From the NCBI GenBank assembly GCA_965226555.1, contig CBDDDG010000002.1:64001-128000 (forward strand): a stretch of DNA of 64,000 nucleotides, written 5' to 3'. Below the pieces are notes generated by a model. It was not told the DNA's origin, made no database searches, and saw only the letters and a program-made list of their open reading frames with translations. Of the stretch, positions 43,090 to 53,398 are shown in pieces; the stretch's first letter is position 1; each line of letters opens with the position of its first letter. The DNA comes from Salinispira sp. GTDB taxonomy: Bacteria; Spirochaetota; Spirochaetia; DSM-27196; Salinispiraceae. Both the position numbers and the translations under genes were made by a program.

Positions 43090-44124
43090 ATGAAAAAAAA
43101 TTTTGTACTTATAAGTATAGTATCTATTGTAGTAGTAGTAATACTACTTGCAGTAATACTTACTGGTAATCAGGAAGCAGCTCAGGATACGGCTGTGGAA
43201 GACGATTATACACTGGTGCTCAAGTTGAGCCATGTGTTTAGTCCCGATGAACAACTTACCAAGTCCATGGATTTGGTTGCAGGGAGAATTCTGGAGAGAA
43301 CTGGCGGCGCCATTGAAATTCAGACCTTCCCGCAGGCGCAGCTTCCAACCTATAAGGAGGGAGTGGAGCAGGTTGTTCGGGGGGCAGATTTTATTTCTGT
43401 GGAAGATCCTTCGTTCATTGGCGATTATGTTGCGGATTTCAAAGCGCTCTACGCGCCGATGCTCTACCGTAGTTTCGATGAATATGTGAATCTTACCCAA
43501 ATGCCGATTGTGCAGGATATGATTGATCAGGCTGCCGAGCAGGGAATTAAAATTCTTGCCCTCGACTACATCTATGGATTCCGTAATCTCATAACACGCG
43601 AGGTCATACGGACTCCGGCAGATTTGGACGGCCTGAAAATTCGGACACCCGGCTCCAAGTCCTATATTGACACGCTTACTGCAATGGGAGCAATTGCCAC
43701 ACCGCTTCCCTTCGGGGAAACTTTGGCGGCAGTGCAGCAGGGGGTAGTGGACGGACTGGAAGGTTCTGAATTTACCAACATTGGTACCAAAGTGTATGAG
43801 GGGCCGGCGAAGAATGTTGCCACCACTCGCCACATACTGGGTACTGCGGGGGTGTATATATCGACAGATGTCTGGAATCGCATTCCGGCAGAGTATCAGC
43901 AAATAATTCAGGAAGAATTCACTAAGGGAGCTGCTGAAATGATATCGATCCTGAAATCGCAGCACGCTGGTGTTGTGCAAGAGCTTGAATCTTACGGGGT
44001 AGTGTTTAACGATGTTGATGGAGACGCCTTCCGTGAGGCAATGCAGCCGCTCTACACAGAACAGCCCGGTATGACTGCGGGCGTTTTTGATTCCATTTTT
44101 GCTGCGCTTGACGGCATGCGGTAA
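43090..44124 (+). CDS. dctP: TRAP transporter substrate-binding protein
   Basis: DLDGLKIRTP, QQGVVDGLE, YGFRNL. Confidence 0.9.
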   Translation: MKKNFVLISIVSIVVVVILLAVILTGNQEAAQDTAVEDDYTLVLKLSHVFSPDEQLTKSMDLVAGRILERTGGAIEIQTFPQAQLPTYKEGVEQVVRGADFISVEDPSFIGDYVADFKALYAPMLYRSFDEYVNLTQMPIVQDMIDQAAEQGIKILALDYIYGFRNLITREVIRTPADLDGLKIRTPGSKSYIDTLTAMGAIATPLPFGETLAAVQQGVVDGLEGSEFTNIGTKVYEGPAKNVATTRHILGTAGVYISTDVWNRIPAEYQQIIQEEFTKGAAEMISILKSQHAGVVQELESYGVVFNDVDGDAFREAMQPLYTEQPGMTAGVFDSIFAALDGMR

Positions 44125-44232
44125 AGCGCTGAGTCGCACGTAGATCACAAAAGCGGAAGTTTTACGCGCCCGGCAGAGACAATGTCGGGCGCTTAATCGT
44201 AAGAGTAAGCGGCAATGTCGGGTGTTTAGTGT

Positions 44233-44775
44233 ATGAGCACAACAAAAAGACAGATTGGACAACTCCTGCTGGGGAATTTTGAAGTAATTCTGAGTTCGGT
44301 ATTTCTCTCTGTTACCATACTTGTTGTCATTCTGAATGTCATTCTGCGCTATGTGTTTAATGGGGGGCTGTTCTGGGTGGAGGAGGTAGCAAGCACCTGT
44401 TTTATCTGGAGTGTGTTTATTGGGGCAGCATCGGCATATCGAAAAAAGCTGCACATTGGCATCGATATCATCGTCAACAAACTGCCTGAAAACATGCAGG
44501 CTGGCATAGCCGTCATTATCAATGCACTCATGGTAATAATTAACGGCTACGTATGTTATTTGAGCATTATTTTTACGAGTTTGAACAGCCAGAAGCGGAC
44601 GCCGGTGCTCGACATTCCTTCTGCCTTTGTCAATGTGTCAATTACCCTTGGCTTTGGTATTATAACGCTCTACGCAGTGTATTTCCTCATTACATCGATA
44701 GCCGCGCTTTCTCCCATGAAATCGACCATGGAATCCAGCGGGGAATCGACCATGAAATCGGAGGACAAGGCATGA
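44233..44775 (+). CDS. dctQ: TRAP small permease
   Basis: NVILRYVF, WVEEVA...FIW..FIGA, HIGID. Confidence 0.9.
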   Translation: MSTTKRQIGQLLLGNFEVILSSVFLSVTILVVILNVILRYVFNGGLFWVEEVASTCFIWSVFIGAASAYRKKLHIGIDIIVNKLPENMQAGIAVIINALMVIINGYVCYLSIIFTSLNSQKRTPVLDIPSAFVNVSITLGFGIITLYAVYFLITSIAALSPMKSTMESSGESTMKSEDKA

Positions 44776-46052
44776 GTCTGTTTCCCATTGTCATTGTCAT
44801 GATTCTCTATTTCTCCAGAATTCCCATTGCCTTTGCGCTTATAGCGGCAGCCCTCGCCTATTTTACCTTCGGGAGTACCGGATCGCCGCCCGATCTTATT
44901 CTCCAGAAATTCATAACCTCCGCATCGTCCTTTCCGCTGCTCGCGGTGCCTTTTTTTATTATGGCGGGTGAAATAATGAATTTCTCGGGAATAAGCGCGA
45001 GCCTTATGAAAATGGCCGATGTTCTGACCGGGCACATGCGGGGCGGGCTGGCTCAGGTGAACGTGGTGCTGAGTACCCTCATGGGGGGAATTTCAGGATC
45101 GGCCAATGCCGATGCGGCCATGCAGTCCAGAATTCTGGTGCCGGAAATGGAAAAGCGGGGCTACGACAAGGCCTTTTCTACGGCCATTACTGCTGCGTCA
45201 TCGGCCATTGCGCCGGTAATTCCTCCGGGGATCAACCTCATTATTTATGCCCTGATCGCCCGGGTATCGGTTGCGGATATGTTTATTGGCGGATATGTGC
45301 CGGGCATTCTTATGTGCGTTTCTCTCATGCTTGCTGTGAGTGTAATCGCCCGGAAGAGGGGCTACATGCCGACGCGTGAGAAAATGAGTTCGCCAATTTC
45401 AATTCTCAGGCAGTTGCGGGAATCGGTGTGGGCACTGCTGCTGCCATTCGGCATTATTCTCGGAATTCGCTTTGGGGTTTTCACGCCGACCGAGGCGGGG
45501 GCAATAGCCGTGCTCTTCTGCACCGTGGTTGGGGTGTTTTTTTACCGGAAACTGAAGTGGAAACATTGGCCCATCATTTTCAAAAACACCGTTCATTCAA
45601 CGAGCACAGTTGTGCTCATTATTGTTGCGGCTGCCGTGTTCGGCCAGTATATGAGCTGGGAGCGCATTCCGCATAATCTGACGCAGTTACTTCTGGGTTT
45701 TGCCGATAGCCCCTGGCTCATGCTCCTGCTCATTAATGTGTTTCTGCTGTTTCTGGGCATGCTGCTTGAGGGCGGGGCGGTGCTGATAATTGTGGCTCCG
45801 CTGCTGGTGCCGGTCATTAAAACCATGGGCATAGATCCTGTTCATTTTGGGCTCATGTTCATTGTGAATATTATGATTGGGGGAATTACGCCGCCCTTCG
45901 GCTCCATGATGTTTACGACATGCAGTATTACGAATGCGCGAATACCGGACTTTGTGCGGGAGGTTCTTCCCTTCATTGCGGCGCTCTTGATCGTGCTGCT
46001 CCTTATTACGTATTTTCCGGGTTTGGCGCTGTTTCTGCCGAACCTGCTGTAG
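44772..46052 (+). CDS. dctM: TRAP large permease
   Basis: LLAVPFFIMAG, GGISGSANAD, FTPTEAG, GITPPFG. Confidence 0.93.
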   Translation: MSLFPIVIVMILYFSRIPIAFALIAAALAYFTFGSTGSPPDLILQKFITSASSFPLLAVPFFIMAGEIMNFSGISASLMKMADVLTGHMRGGLAQVNVVLSTLMGGISGSANADAAMQSRILVPEMEKRGYDKAFSTAITAASSAIAPVIPPGINLIIYALIARVSVADMFIGGYVPGILMCVSLMLAVSVIARKRGYMPTREKMSSPISILRQLRESVWALLLPFGIILGIRFGVFTPTEAGAIAVLFCTVVGVFFYRKLKWKHWPIIFKNTVHSTSTVVLIIVAAAVFGQYMSWERIPHNLTQLLLGFADSPWLMLLLINVFLLFLGMLLEGGAVLIIVAPLLVPVIKTMGIDPVHFGLMFIVNIMIGGITPPFGSMMFTTCSITNARIPDFVREVLPFIAALLIVLLLITYFPGLALFLPNLL

Positions 46053-46062
46053 GAAATTTGTC

Positions 46063-46980
46063 ATGCTGATAATCGGACACAGGGGCTGTTATGACGAGGG
46101 GTATAATCAGAATACCATTCGGGCCATGCGCCATGTAATTGATCGGGGGGCGAGGGCGATTGAATTTGATGTTCAACGGACATCGGATAATGCGCTTGTT
46201 ATTGTGCACGATCTCAATCTTGCCAAAGTATCCACCGGCAGCGGGCTGGTGGCAGAAAGGCCCTTGTCTGAAATTCGGGGGCTTCTGGCGGGCGACCCGA
46301 AGCGGGGGCAGGATCGCATTCCCACGCTGGAGGAGGTTTTCGGGCTGGCGGCTGAATATGCTGCGGAGAATAGGCCGAGGCTGCATGTTGAGCTCAAGGG
46401 ACAGGGAACCGGCGCGCTCGCAGGGAAGTTTATTCGACAGGAGATAGACAGTGCTCGTCTGAGTTCCTTCCTTGTGAGTTCTTTTCTGTGGGATGAGGTA
46501 GATGTATTCCGGATGCATTGCCCCGAGGTGGATATTGCTTTGCTGGCCGGGGCGCTGAATCGTGAACGTCTGCTGGCGGAACAGGAGGGAATTGGGGCAT
46601 GGCTGCCGAAGTTTTTTGCATATCCCGAGGAAAAATTCATGCTGCCGCTAACTGCCAATGCGGAAAAGCTGGAGGCTCTGCTGGCCGGGCATGACTGCCC
46701 TGCTGCCTTTGCTGAGGTCATTAGACGAGAGAACGCCCATGCCTGCAGCGGATCCTCCTATGACCGGCAGCTCGTTGAAGAGGCGGTAAGGCGGGGGGCG
46801 GTGTCTATCAATCTCTGGCATGTGTCGGTGAATAAGGCCATTGTCGATATGGCTCATGCGGCCGGTCTGAAGGTTCTCGCCTATACGGTCAATACTTTTT
46901 CGGATGCCCGGAGGCTTGAGGCGATAGCTGTCGATGGCATTTTCAGCGATCATTACCCGGCAATGCGAGAATTTCTATGA
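46063..46980 (+). CDS. Glycerophosphodiester phosphodiesterase
   Basis: IIGHRG, IEFDVQ.T.D....VHD, IPTLEEV, YTVN, VDGIFSD. Confidence 0.9.
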   Translation: MLIIGHRGCYDEGYNQNTIRAMRHVIDRGARAIEFDVQRTSDNALVIVHDLNLAKVSTGSGLVAERPLSEIRGLLAGDPKRGQDRIPTLEEVFGLAAEYAAENRPRLHVELKGQGTGALAGKFIRQEIDSARLSSFLVSSFLWDEVDVFRMHCPEVDIALLAGALNRERLLAEQEGIGAWLPKFFAYPEEKFMLPLTANAEKLEALLAGHDCPAAFAEVIRRENAHACSGSSYDRQLVEEAVRRGAVSINLWHVSVNKAIVDMAHAAGLKVLAYTVNTFSDARRLEAIAVDGIFSDHYPAMREFL

Positions 46981-49213
46981 GTGTTTCAAAATTACCCCGA
47001 CATTTCTCTCGCGCATTTTCTAATTCTCCAAACGAAACCCCCAGTTTAAACCTGCGTTGGTTCCCATGTCCGCGGTACTTGGGTTTTTCAAAAATTTTTT
47101 GTTTCAGAAGAATAGGTTCTAAAACGTCTTTCTCAAAATTTGGCCATTCATTGCCGAGCTTTGTTTTCAAAATATATTCATTTAGCCCTGTTGACCTCTG
47201 GAAAGCCCGTATAATTTTAAAGAGCTGAGTAATTTTGGGGTCTTCAGTAGGTTTTTCTTTTGTAGGAACGTTCCCAGTTTTTTCATTCATTGGAAACCCT
47301 GTCGTAACTCCATGATCTATAAGAATTGATATAATGGAGCTTCGGTCGTACATTATCTCATCCTGATCATTTCCAATAATTAATTTCTGCGGAATGCTGA
47401 AGTCGTCATTAATGGTCAGTTTCAAATTGCTTCTCTCTTGAGGACTTATAACCGCTTCGCATAACTCACTCGAAGAAAAAGACACATTTTCCAGATATTC
47501 ATTGAATTCCACTCTTTCAATAAAACAGTTTTTAAACTCAATATTGGAGATAGGTACATGCGATAGAGTTTCACCAGAGCAGTACAGCCCATCGATAGTG
47601 AATTTGTTATTATTATTGCGAAGTAAGCGAATAAGCATTGAACAAATATTCTGACTAATGCATGAATGCGTCTCAACAGATTCAGATAGCCTCTGAAGTG
47701 CCGCAATGGCATCCACTTTCTGAGGTTCATATTCTACGTTTATTACATGGCAACATTCATCAATGGTAAAAAGAGGAAGAACTTTTCTGTTTAAAATTTT
47801 TCTGATATTCAGCTCGGAACCTGTCGCAATTGTTTTCGCAATGAATCTACCGAGAAAGTGAAAATAAAATTCATCATGGCAAAATCCATACCTGCCATCT
47901 GCGCCTAAGGTAATGAGAACATGACTCCCTATGAGATTGACACATTGGGTAATTATAGTTGGAGAAAATTTAAGCGATTCACAGTAAAGCTTTGTCAACG
48001 CAATTAAAATATCTTGTTTAATGTTCGTGGAATTTATTATCCATAATTCTTCAGCGAGTGATGTCAACAGTTCTTGGTGTTGTTCAAAGGTTAAAAGAGA
48101 TTCTGACATACTTTCTTTTGGCACCCATTTTTGTGTTTCTCGTTGGAGTATCATTGTAACAAATTCTAAAAATACCTCGCGTTTATTTTTAAAACGATCA
48201 ACGACTGACTGGATATTGCTTCCTAAATCTTCAGATATTTCCTCTACTAATTTTCTGGCTAGAACCGCCCTCGTTAAAATCGGATGATCTGAAACAAGGG
48301 AGTCAGAAAGAGCCTCATAGTATTCTTCAGCCTCTTTTGTATTGAATTCAAATTTTTCCAAAAGAAATACGAGTTGGGTTTTCGTCCACTTGCTTAAAAA
48401 TATTTCAGAAAAAGTAACATCCTTCGTCCGACTAAAACTATCGAGGAATTTCGCCCGCAATTTGAGGTTTGCATAATTATAGTACGCTTTTCGTGCGGCA
48501 AACACCATTGTTCCATTAGAATCCAAGGAATCAAGTAAATTACCCAAAGACGACACCGCATCGCCTTCCATACCCTCAATGGTCATTTCTTCAAATCCAT
48601 CCAAACCAAGAACAATTAGACCCTGTTTTACAAGTTCCAGAAAACTTTCAATGTAATAGCTCCTGAACCGATAAAGGTTTGCCAAAGTGCCAATGATAAT
48701 TTCATCAAGCCGAAGAAATGGCCTGCCGGAAAGGGCTATTGGAACAAACAGCCAATCCGATTTATCTGCCTTAAATAAAGATGCTTGTGTTCGCGCCAGC
48801 GCATTCATTACACTTGTTTTTCCCTCTCCCCCTTCCGATGTCAGATAAATTACATTTGTTGAAAAATATTTTGATGACTGTTTTATTTTTTCCTGTAAAA
48901 AACAAACAGCGTCATCATTGCTTTTTTGTTTACCATTCTCTTTTGCGGGAACGGGTATGATGTGCAGATCATTGGGTGTTTTTTCTAATATGGCTGTTGC
49001 TAAAGTGTCCAAGCGTCCAAGTCGTTTTGATATCCATTTTCTGACAGGCATATCATAGCCATTCTCAACACATCGCAGACCTTCATTGGTTTTTTTCAGC
49101 TCTACGCATATATTTGCACCATCAATATCAAATGATACACCGCGATTATCAGCAATAACATATGAATTATCAGCAAATACCGTAACTATGTCAATAAATT
49201 TTTTTTTGTCCAT
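46943..49213 (-). CDS. NACHT/STAND-like P-loop NTPase
   Basis: Walker A YLTSEGGEGKT, Walker B LIVLGLDGFEE, winged-helix-type YGFCHDEFYFHF motif. Confidence 0.7.
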   Translation of the reverse strand: MDKKKFIDIVTVFADNSYVIADNRGVSFDIDGANICVELKKTNEGLRCVENGYDMPVRKWISKRLGRLDTLATAILEKTPNDLHIIPVPAKENGKQKSNDDAVCFLQEKIKQSSKYFSTNVIYLTSEGGEGKTSVMNALARTQASLFKADKSDWLFVPIALSGRPFLRLDEIIIGTLANLYRFRSYYIESFLELVKQGLIVLGLDGFEEMTIEGMEGDAVSSLGNLLDSLDSNGTMVFAARKAYYNYANLKLRAKFLDSFSRTKDVTFSEIFLSKWTKTQLVFLLEKFEFNTKEAEEYYEALSDSLVSDHPILTRAVLARKLVEEISEDLGSNIQSVVDRFKNKREVFLEFVTMILQRETQKWVPKESMSESLLTFEQHQELLTSLAEELWIINSTNIKQDILIALTKLYCESLKFSPTIITQCVNLIGSHVLITLGADGRYGFCHDEFYFHFLGRFIAKTIATGSELNIRKILNRKVLPLFTIDECCHVINVEYEPQKVDAIAALQRLSESVETHSCISQNICSMLIRLLRNNNNKFTIDGLYCSGETLSHVPISNIEFKNCFIERVEFNEYLENVSFSSSELCEAVISPQERSNLKLTINDDFSIPQKLIIGNDQDEIMYDRSSIISILIDHGVTTGFPMNEKTGNVPTKEKPTEDPKITQLFKIIRAFQRSTGLNEYILKTKLGNEWPNFEKDVLEPILLKQKIFEKPKYRGHGNQRRFKLGVSFGELENAREKCRGNFETLIEILALPGNDR

Positions 49214-50121
49214 TCCATCTACCCCTTAAAAAGTCAATTCTGTATATGTTTCCCTCGGAGCAATACCTCGATAATAATTATGCGTTCTGTCATGAGCTTT
49301 TGCATTGATATGAATTATACTCTTTCCCCGAGAAGCTGTCTGAAACATGGCAGGAATAAAATCATCATCGCTGCTTACAATGGCTATTTCCGAATATTGA
49401 TCTGTCATTGCAAAATGGGCAATATCCATGGAAAGCATAACATCAACCAGTTTTTGTTCATCGTACCAAACTAGTTCAGATGATGGTCGTTTATGATCAC
49501 AACGCCTGCAAACTCCTTTTGTCTGTAATTCTTTCAAATATTCTATGGCTCCCTGCGATGCTTCACAGCACGCATTGGTAATTTTGCACATTCTTAAATG
49601 ACTAAGTCTTTTTCGTCTTCGAAAAGTATGAAGTAAATCAAAAGTTGGTCGAGATGCCTGAGCTTTGGCCAATTCGACGAGAATTATGCGTTGTAATTTT
49701 TCGTTTTCACTGGGATACTCCCTATCAATGATTCTGGCAATGTCCTGCGCCTTCTTTGTCAGGATACTTTCTTCATACCAGCCATCATAAAGTCGAAAAT
49801 GAAGTCTGGATCGTTCAGCCCATTCATCTTGATTTTTCTTTTGTAAATGTGAAGTAATTTTTTCAGCAATGTGATCTATTACAGATGTTAGATCATCAGT
49901 ATTAGTGATGTATAAATTGGCATAATCTACCAGCACAATTATGTTCTTCATTATTTCCACAAGCACAATACAGTGTACCAAATTATGATCGCATCAACAA
50001 GCGTTTGATGACTTCGCGGACATTATTCCCCAGATAGAAATTGATGCCTTCATGATATATAATGGCTTCTAATTTCGGTAGGATGTTGATAATTCTGTTC
50101 CGATCATTACCCGGCAATGCG
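46947..50121. mobile_element. AT-rich islet flanked by 21-bp direct repeats
   Basis: cgatcattacccggcaatgcg at 46947-46967 (3' end of GDPD) and 50101-50121; interior visibly AT-richer than the flanks. Confidence 0.75.
49226..49951 (-). CDS. NYN/LabA (PIN-fold) domain protein with a Cys-rich insert
   Basis: VLVDYANL, RLYDGWY, EQKLVDVMLSMD, IVSSDDDFIP; CC...CRRC insert. Confidence 0.75.
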   Translation of the reverse strand: MKNIIVLVDYANLYITNTDDLTSVIDHIAEKITSHLQKKNQDEWAERSRLHFRLYDGWYEESILTKKAQDIARIIDREYPSENEKLQRIILVELAKAQASRPTFDLLHTFRRRKRLSHLRMCKITNACCEASQGAIEYLKELQTKGVCRRCDHKRPSSELVWYDEQKLVDVMLSMDIAHFAMTDQYSEIAIVSSDDDFIPAMFQTASRGKSIIHINAKAHDRTHNYYRGIAPRETYTELTF

Positions 50122-50143
50122 GGATTTCATGCTATAACTATAA

Positions 50144-50197
50144 CAAAGTTTTGCATTGGAAAATTGTGCTTGCACAATTTCCAGTAGCAAAAGTTTC
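50144..50197. repeat. Nested palindrome upstream of mgtC
   Basis: caaagttttgcattggaaaattgtgc-tt-gcacaatttccagtagcaaaagtttc. Confidence 0.85.
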
Positions 50198-50215
50198 TAT
50201 AAGGGGACTTGGTGT

Positions 50216-50899
50216 ATGGAGATTTTGACAATTATATTACGCATGATGCTGGCGGTCGGGCTTGGCGGGCTGGTGGGTATTGAGCGGGAAAATAAGAGTC
50301 GGCCTGCCGGGTTCAGGACACATATACTTGTTTGTGTTGGATCTGCTCTGGTTATGATTACCTCCGAATATCTGTTTGAGCGCTATGGGGCAGTGACAAA
50401 CATCGATCCGGCTCGGCTCGGCGCGCAGGTAATTAGCGGAATTGGATTTCTCGGGGCAGGGACAATTATCCGCTATAATGCCAATGTGGTGGGGCTGACA
50501 ACGGCGGCCAGTCTATGGGCTGTTGCCTGTGTCGGAATTGCCGTTGGAATCGGCTATTATGAAGCTGCCATTGCCGGGGCGCTTACCATTTTCCTGTCGC
50601 TGATTTTCCTACGAAAATTCGGTCGGGTGCTCACGAAGAACAAGGTTTCGAACATGTCCATTACCATTACTATGGAGAACAAAACGGGCAATATCAGCAG
50701 CATAACTTCAATTCTGGAAAAACAATATATTCGGATAAAGGATATTCGCTTCCACGATTCCGATTCATCTGAAGATGCTGAGTATCTGAAAATTAAATTT
50801 AAGCTCAAACTACCGCCGGGCATGGATGCTGATACTGCAATTAAGATAGCCGGGGGTATTAATGGCGTATTTTCGGTGGAAGAAGGAAAGAGTTTCTAA
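50216..50899 (+). CDS. MgtC/SapB family protein
   Basis: GIERE...PAGFRTH, DPARLGAQVISGIGFLGAG, GLTTAASLW. Confidence 0.93.
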   Translation: MEILTIILRMMLAVGLGGLVGIERENKSRPAGFRTHILVCVGSALVMITSEYLFERYGAVTNIDPARLGAQVISGIGFLGAGTIIRYNANVVGLTTAASLWAVACVGIAVGIGYYEAAIAGALTIFLSLIFLRKFGRVLTKNKVSNMSITITMENKTGNISSITSILEKQYIRIKDIRFHDSDSSEDAEYLKIKFKLKLPPGMDADTAIKIAGGINGVFSVEEGKSF

Positions 50900-50943
50900 C
50901 TGAAACTTTTGCATCAATGTAGCTATTCGCCAACCTGCCTGTC

Positions 50944-51558
50944 TTATCGGCGCTCCCAGAGAATCCGCAGAGCCTCGGCAAGGCTCATGTCGCGCGCGCT
51001 GAAAAGTACCATAACGTGATACAGCAGATCTGCCGTTTCGGAGGCGAGCTCCGCGTTCGTCCGCGAGAGAATGAGTTCAACGGCTTCTTCTCCGGTTTTT
51101 TTACGTATGTGGTCTTCACCCGTATTAAATAAATGGGTTGTGTATGATCCTTTGGGGCGCGTTTCCCTGCGTTCTCTGATGATCGTTTCCAGATCGCCGA
51201 GAAGCTTGCCTGCGTTTTCCAGAGTTGCAGGTAGTTCCCCTGAGGGAGTATTTTTCAGTACTGAATCTGGTGAATGCGGAGGATCATTCTTTGCGGTTCT
51301 GGAGTCTGCGGAATTGGGTGTTTCAAAACCATCGGCAATAATTTCGACATGCTCGTCTTTTCGGGCGATGTTTCTGAAGCCCCGTATTCTTGAATCCGGT
51401 AGGAGCTTTCCGCTTGCGCCGTTAATGAGCCATGCCGCGTGTTGTTCAATACTCTTCCGGTAGCCCTTGTCGTTAATGAGTCCGGCTCCGATTAGCCGCT
51501 TGTCTCCTGTAAAAATAAGGGCAGGAACAACAGTGCCGTCTTTAGTCTCAGTCCGCAT
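50944..51558 (-). CDS. hisE: Phosphoribosyl-ATP diphosphatase with a degenerate HisI-like N-region
   Basis: SYTTHLF..G...I.KKTGEEAVE, ETADLLYH; GGAGG RBS before ATG 51558. Confidence 0.8.
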   Translation of the reverse strand: MRTETKDGTVVPALIFTGDKRLIGAGLINDKGYRKSIEQHAAWLINGASGKLLPDSRIRGFRNIARKDEHVEIIADGFETPNSADSRTAKNDPPHSPDSVLKNTPSGELPATLENAGKLLGDLETIIRERRETRPKGSYTTHLFNTGEDHIRKKTGEEAVELILSRTNAELASETADLLYHVMVLFSARDMSLAEALRILWERR

Positions 51559-52360
51559 TTGTTTCCTCCGCCCGTCTTTCAGAATATCTGCCGGATATTG
51601 TATCAAAAAACCTGACAGCTTCTTTCAAATTGATAGTGCCCTCATAGAGAGCCTTACCGATAATAACACCTTCGATGTATGTATGTTCACTGTCCTTTAT
51701 GGCCCGGGCTATTGTGCGGCAGTCGTCCATGGTGCCCATGCCGCCGGATATGATGACCGGTAAGCCTGCTGCGCGTGCGATGCTGAGGGATCCTGCGATG
51801 TCCGGCCCGCTGAGGGTTCCGTCCCTGCTGATGTTGGTGTAGATAATGCCCTGCAGTCCGAGGGAGGCAACACGCGCGGCGAGCTCTTCGGCGCGGATGC
51901 CTGCTGTCTGTTCCCAGCCGGCAATGTTCACGATGGAATTGCGGGCGTCGATGCCGGCGATGAACTGCGTTTTCCACCGCTGAGTCCACTGCGCGACTTC
52001 TTCGGCATGGGTAACCAGCGCGCTCCCGATAATGAGCCGTCCAACGCCCAGCTCGCTGAGTTCCCGTACATCGTCTTCACTGCGGATGCCTCCGCCGACT
52101 TCAAGAGTCATGCCGCTGCGCTCGCATATGCGCCCAATTATGCGCCGGTTTCTGCGTGTTTCGGAAAAGTTGCCGCCGCGGGCAGCATCAAGATCGACCA
52201 CATGAAGATATCGGGCTCCGCTTTCTTCAAAATCCTCAGCAATTTTGAGAGGATCCTGTGAATATGATGTTACATTGTTATAGGAGCCCTGATACAGGCG
52301 CACCGCTTCACCGCCGAGCAGGTCGATGGCAGGAATCACATTCATCGGTTTTGTATGCAT
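51548..52360 (-). CDS. hisA: ProFAR isomerase
   Basis: IPAIDL.GG.AVRL.QG, LHVVDLDAA, EVGGGIR, I.RDGTL.GPD, GKALYEG. Confidence 0.93.
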   Translation of the reverse strand: MHTKPMNVIPAIDLLGGEAVRLYQGSYNNVTSYSQDPLKIAEDFEESGARYLHVVDLDAARGGNFSETRRNRRIIGRICERSGMTLEVGGGIRSEDDVRELSELGVGRLIIGSALVTHAEEVAQWTQRWKTQFIAGIDARNSIVNIAGWEQTAGIRAEELAARVASLGLQGIIYTNISRDGTLSGPDIAGSLSIARAAGLPVIISGGMGTMDDCRTIARAIKDSEHTYIEGVIIGKALYEGTINLKEAVRFFDTISGRYSERRAEETNAD

Positions 52361-52419
52361 ATACTTTCCTTCAGTGTTAAGTTATATTTTTTATTACACA
52401 AACTCCATATAATATAGTA

Positions 52420-52545
52420 GAAACTTTTGCATTGGAAAATTGCGCTTGCGCAATTTCCAGTAGCAAAAGTTTCCGATCTGGAATGCTTTCTTTGTGCTTA
52501 GCATTCTCCTATTTTATAGAAAGTTTTGCATTTTGCAAAACTTTC
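52420..52545. repeat. Full intergenic composite palindromic element (~126 bp)
   Basis: Nested hairpin + spacer + short hairpin; same architecture as Rpn insert 3, in reverse orientation. Confidence 0.85.
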
Positions 52546-52554
52546 TAGTATATT
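52526..52554 (+). promoter_or_regulatory. Putative sigma70 promoter for yccA, formed by the element end
   Basis: TTGCAT-17 nt-TATATT. Confidence 0.6.
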
Positions 52555-52634
52555 AATAGAGGTTGCTCTCAAAAAATCAATAAGAAACTATTTTGAGAGG
52601 AGTAGCCGTATACCTTCGAATCAGGAGTATTTTT

Positions 52635-53339
52635 ATGAGTAACAATCTCAGTCAGTCATATAGTCAAAGCCAGGTTCTTACCCGGAGCCTTATGCGGAAT
52701 GTATATTTATGGATGACAATCGGGCTTTCAATAACCGGCATTGTCGCATGGGGAACATCGCAGAGCCCGACATTGTTGGCATCTCTGAGCGGGAGCGGCG
52801 CCTTCATTGTGCTGTTCATAGCGCAAATTGGGCTGGTCTTTTTTCTCAGCGCACGGATAATGAAAATGTCGCCAATGACGGCTACGCTGTGTTTTGCCGC
52901 CTACGCAATTCTCAACGGATTGACCATGTCATACATTTTTCTTGCCTACACGAGTCAGTCCATTGCATCAACATTCTTCATTACCGCCGGTATGTTCGGA
53001 ATAATGAGTGTGTTTGCCTTTACGACCAAAACCGATCTTTCGAGCTGGCGGAATTATCTGTTCATGGGGCTCATCGGCATTGTTATTGCATCGCTGGTCA
53101 ACATGTTTCTCCGCAGCGATGGTCTCAGTTACATTATCAGCTATGCGGGGGTCGTTCTGTTTCTGGGACTTACTGCCTACGATACCCAGAAAATAAAGCA
53201 GATGAGCGATGAAATGAGCGGCACGGCGAGCGAACCCGATTATGTGCGCCTGAGTATTATCGGCGCGCTCAAGCTGTACCTCGACTTCATCAATTTGTTT
53301 CTCTTTCTTTTGAGGATATTAGGCGGACGGCGCTCGTAG
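52635..53339 (+). CDS. Bax inhibitor-1/YccA family membrane protein
   Basis: MRNVYLWM..GL, TKTDLS, LTAYDTQKIK, GALKLYLDFINLFL. Confidence 0.93.
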   Translation: MSNNLSQSYSQSQVLTRSLMRNVYLWMTIGLSITGIVAWGTSQSPTLLASLSGSGAFIVLFIAQIGLVFFLSARIMKMSPMTATLCFAAYAILNGLTMSYIFLAYTSQSIASTFFITAGMFGIMSVFAFTTKTDLSSWRNYLFMGLIGIVIASLVNMFLRSDGLSYIISYAGVVLFLGLTAYDTQKIKQMSDEMSGTASEPDYVRLSIIGALKLYLDFINLFLFLLRILGGRRS

Positions 53340-53398
53340 GCAGCGGTACCCAATACGGCGGCACGCCGCCCGCATACATACAGGAGCTACAGCGCCAA

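Noticed and set aside
43144..44454. 436-aa antisense ORF over dctP/dctQ
   Set aside because: Shadow of well-supported genes, with no motifs
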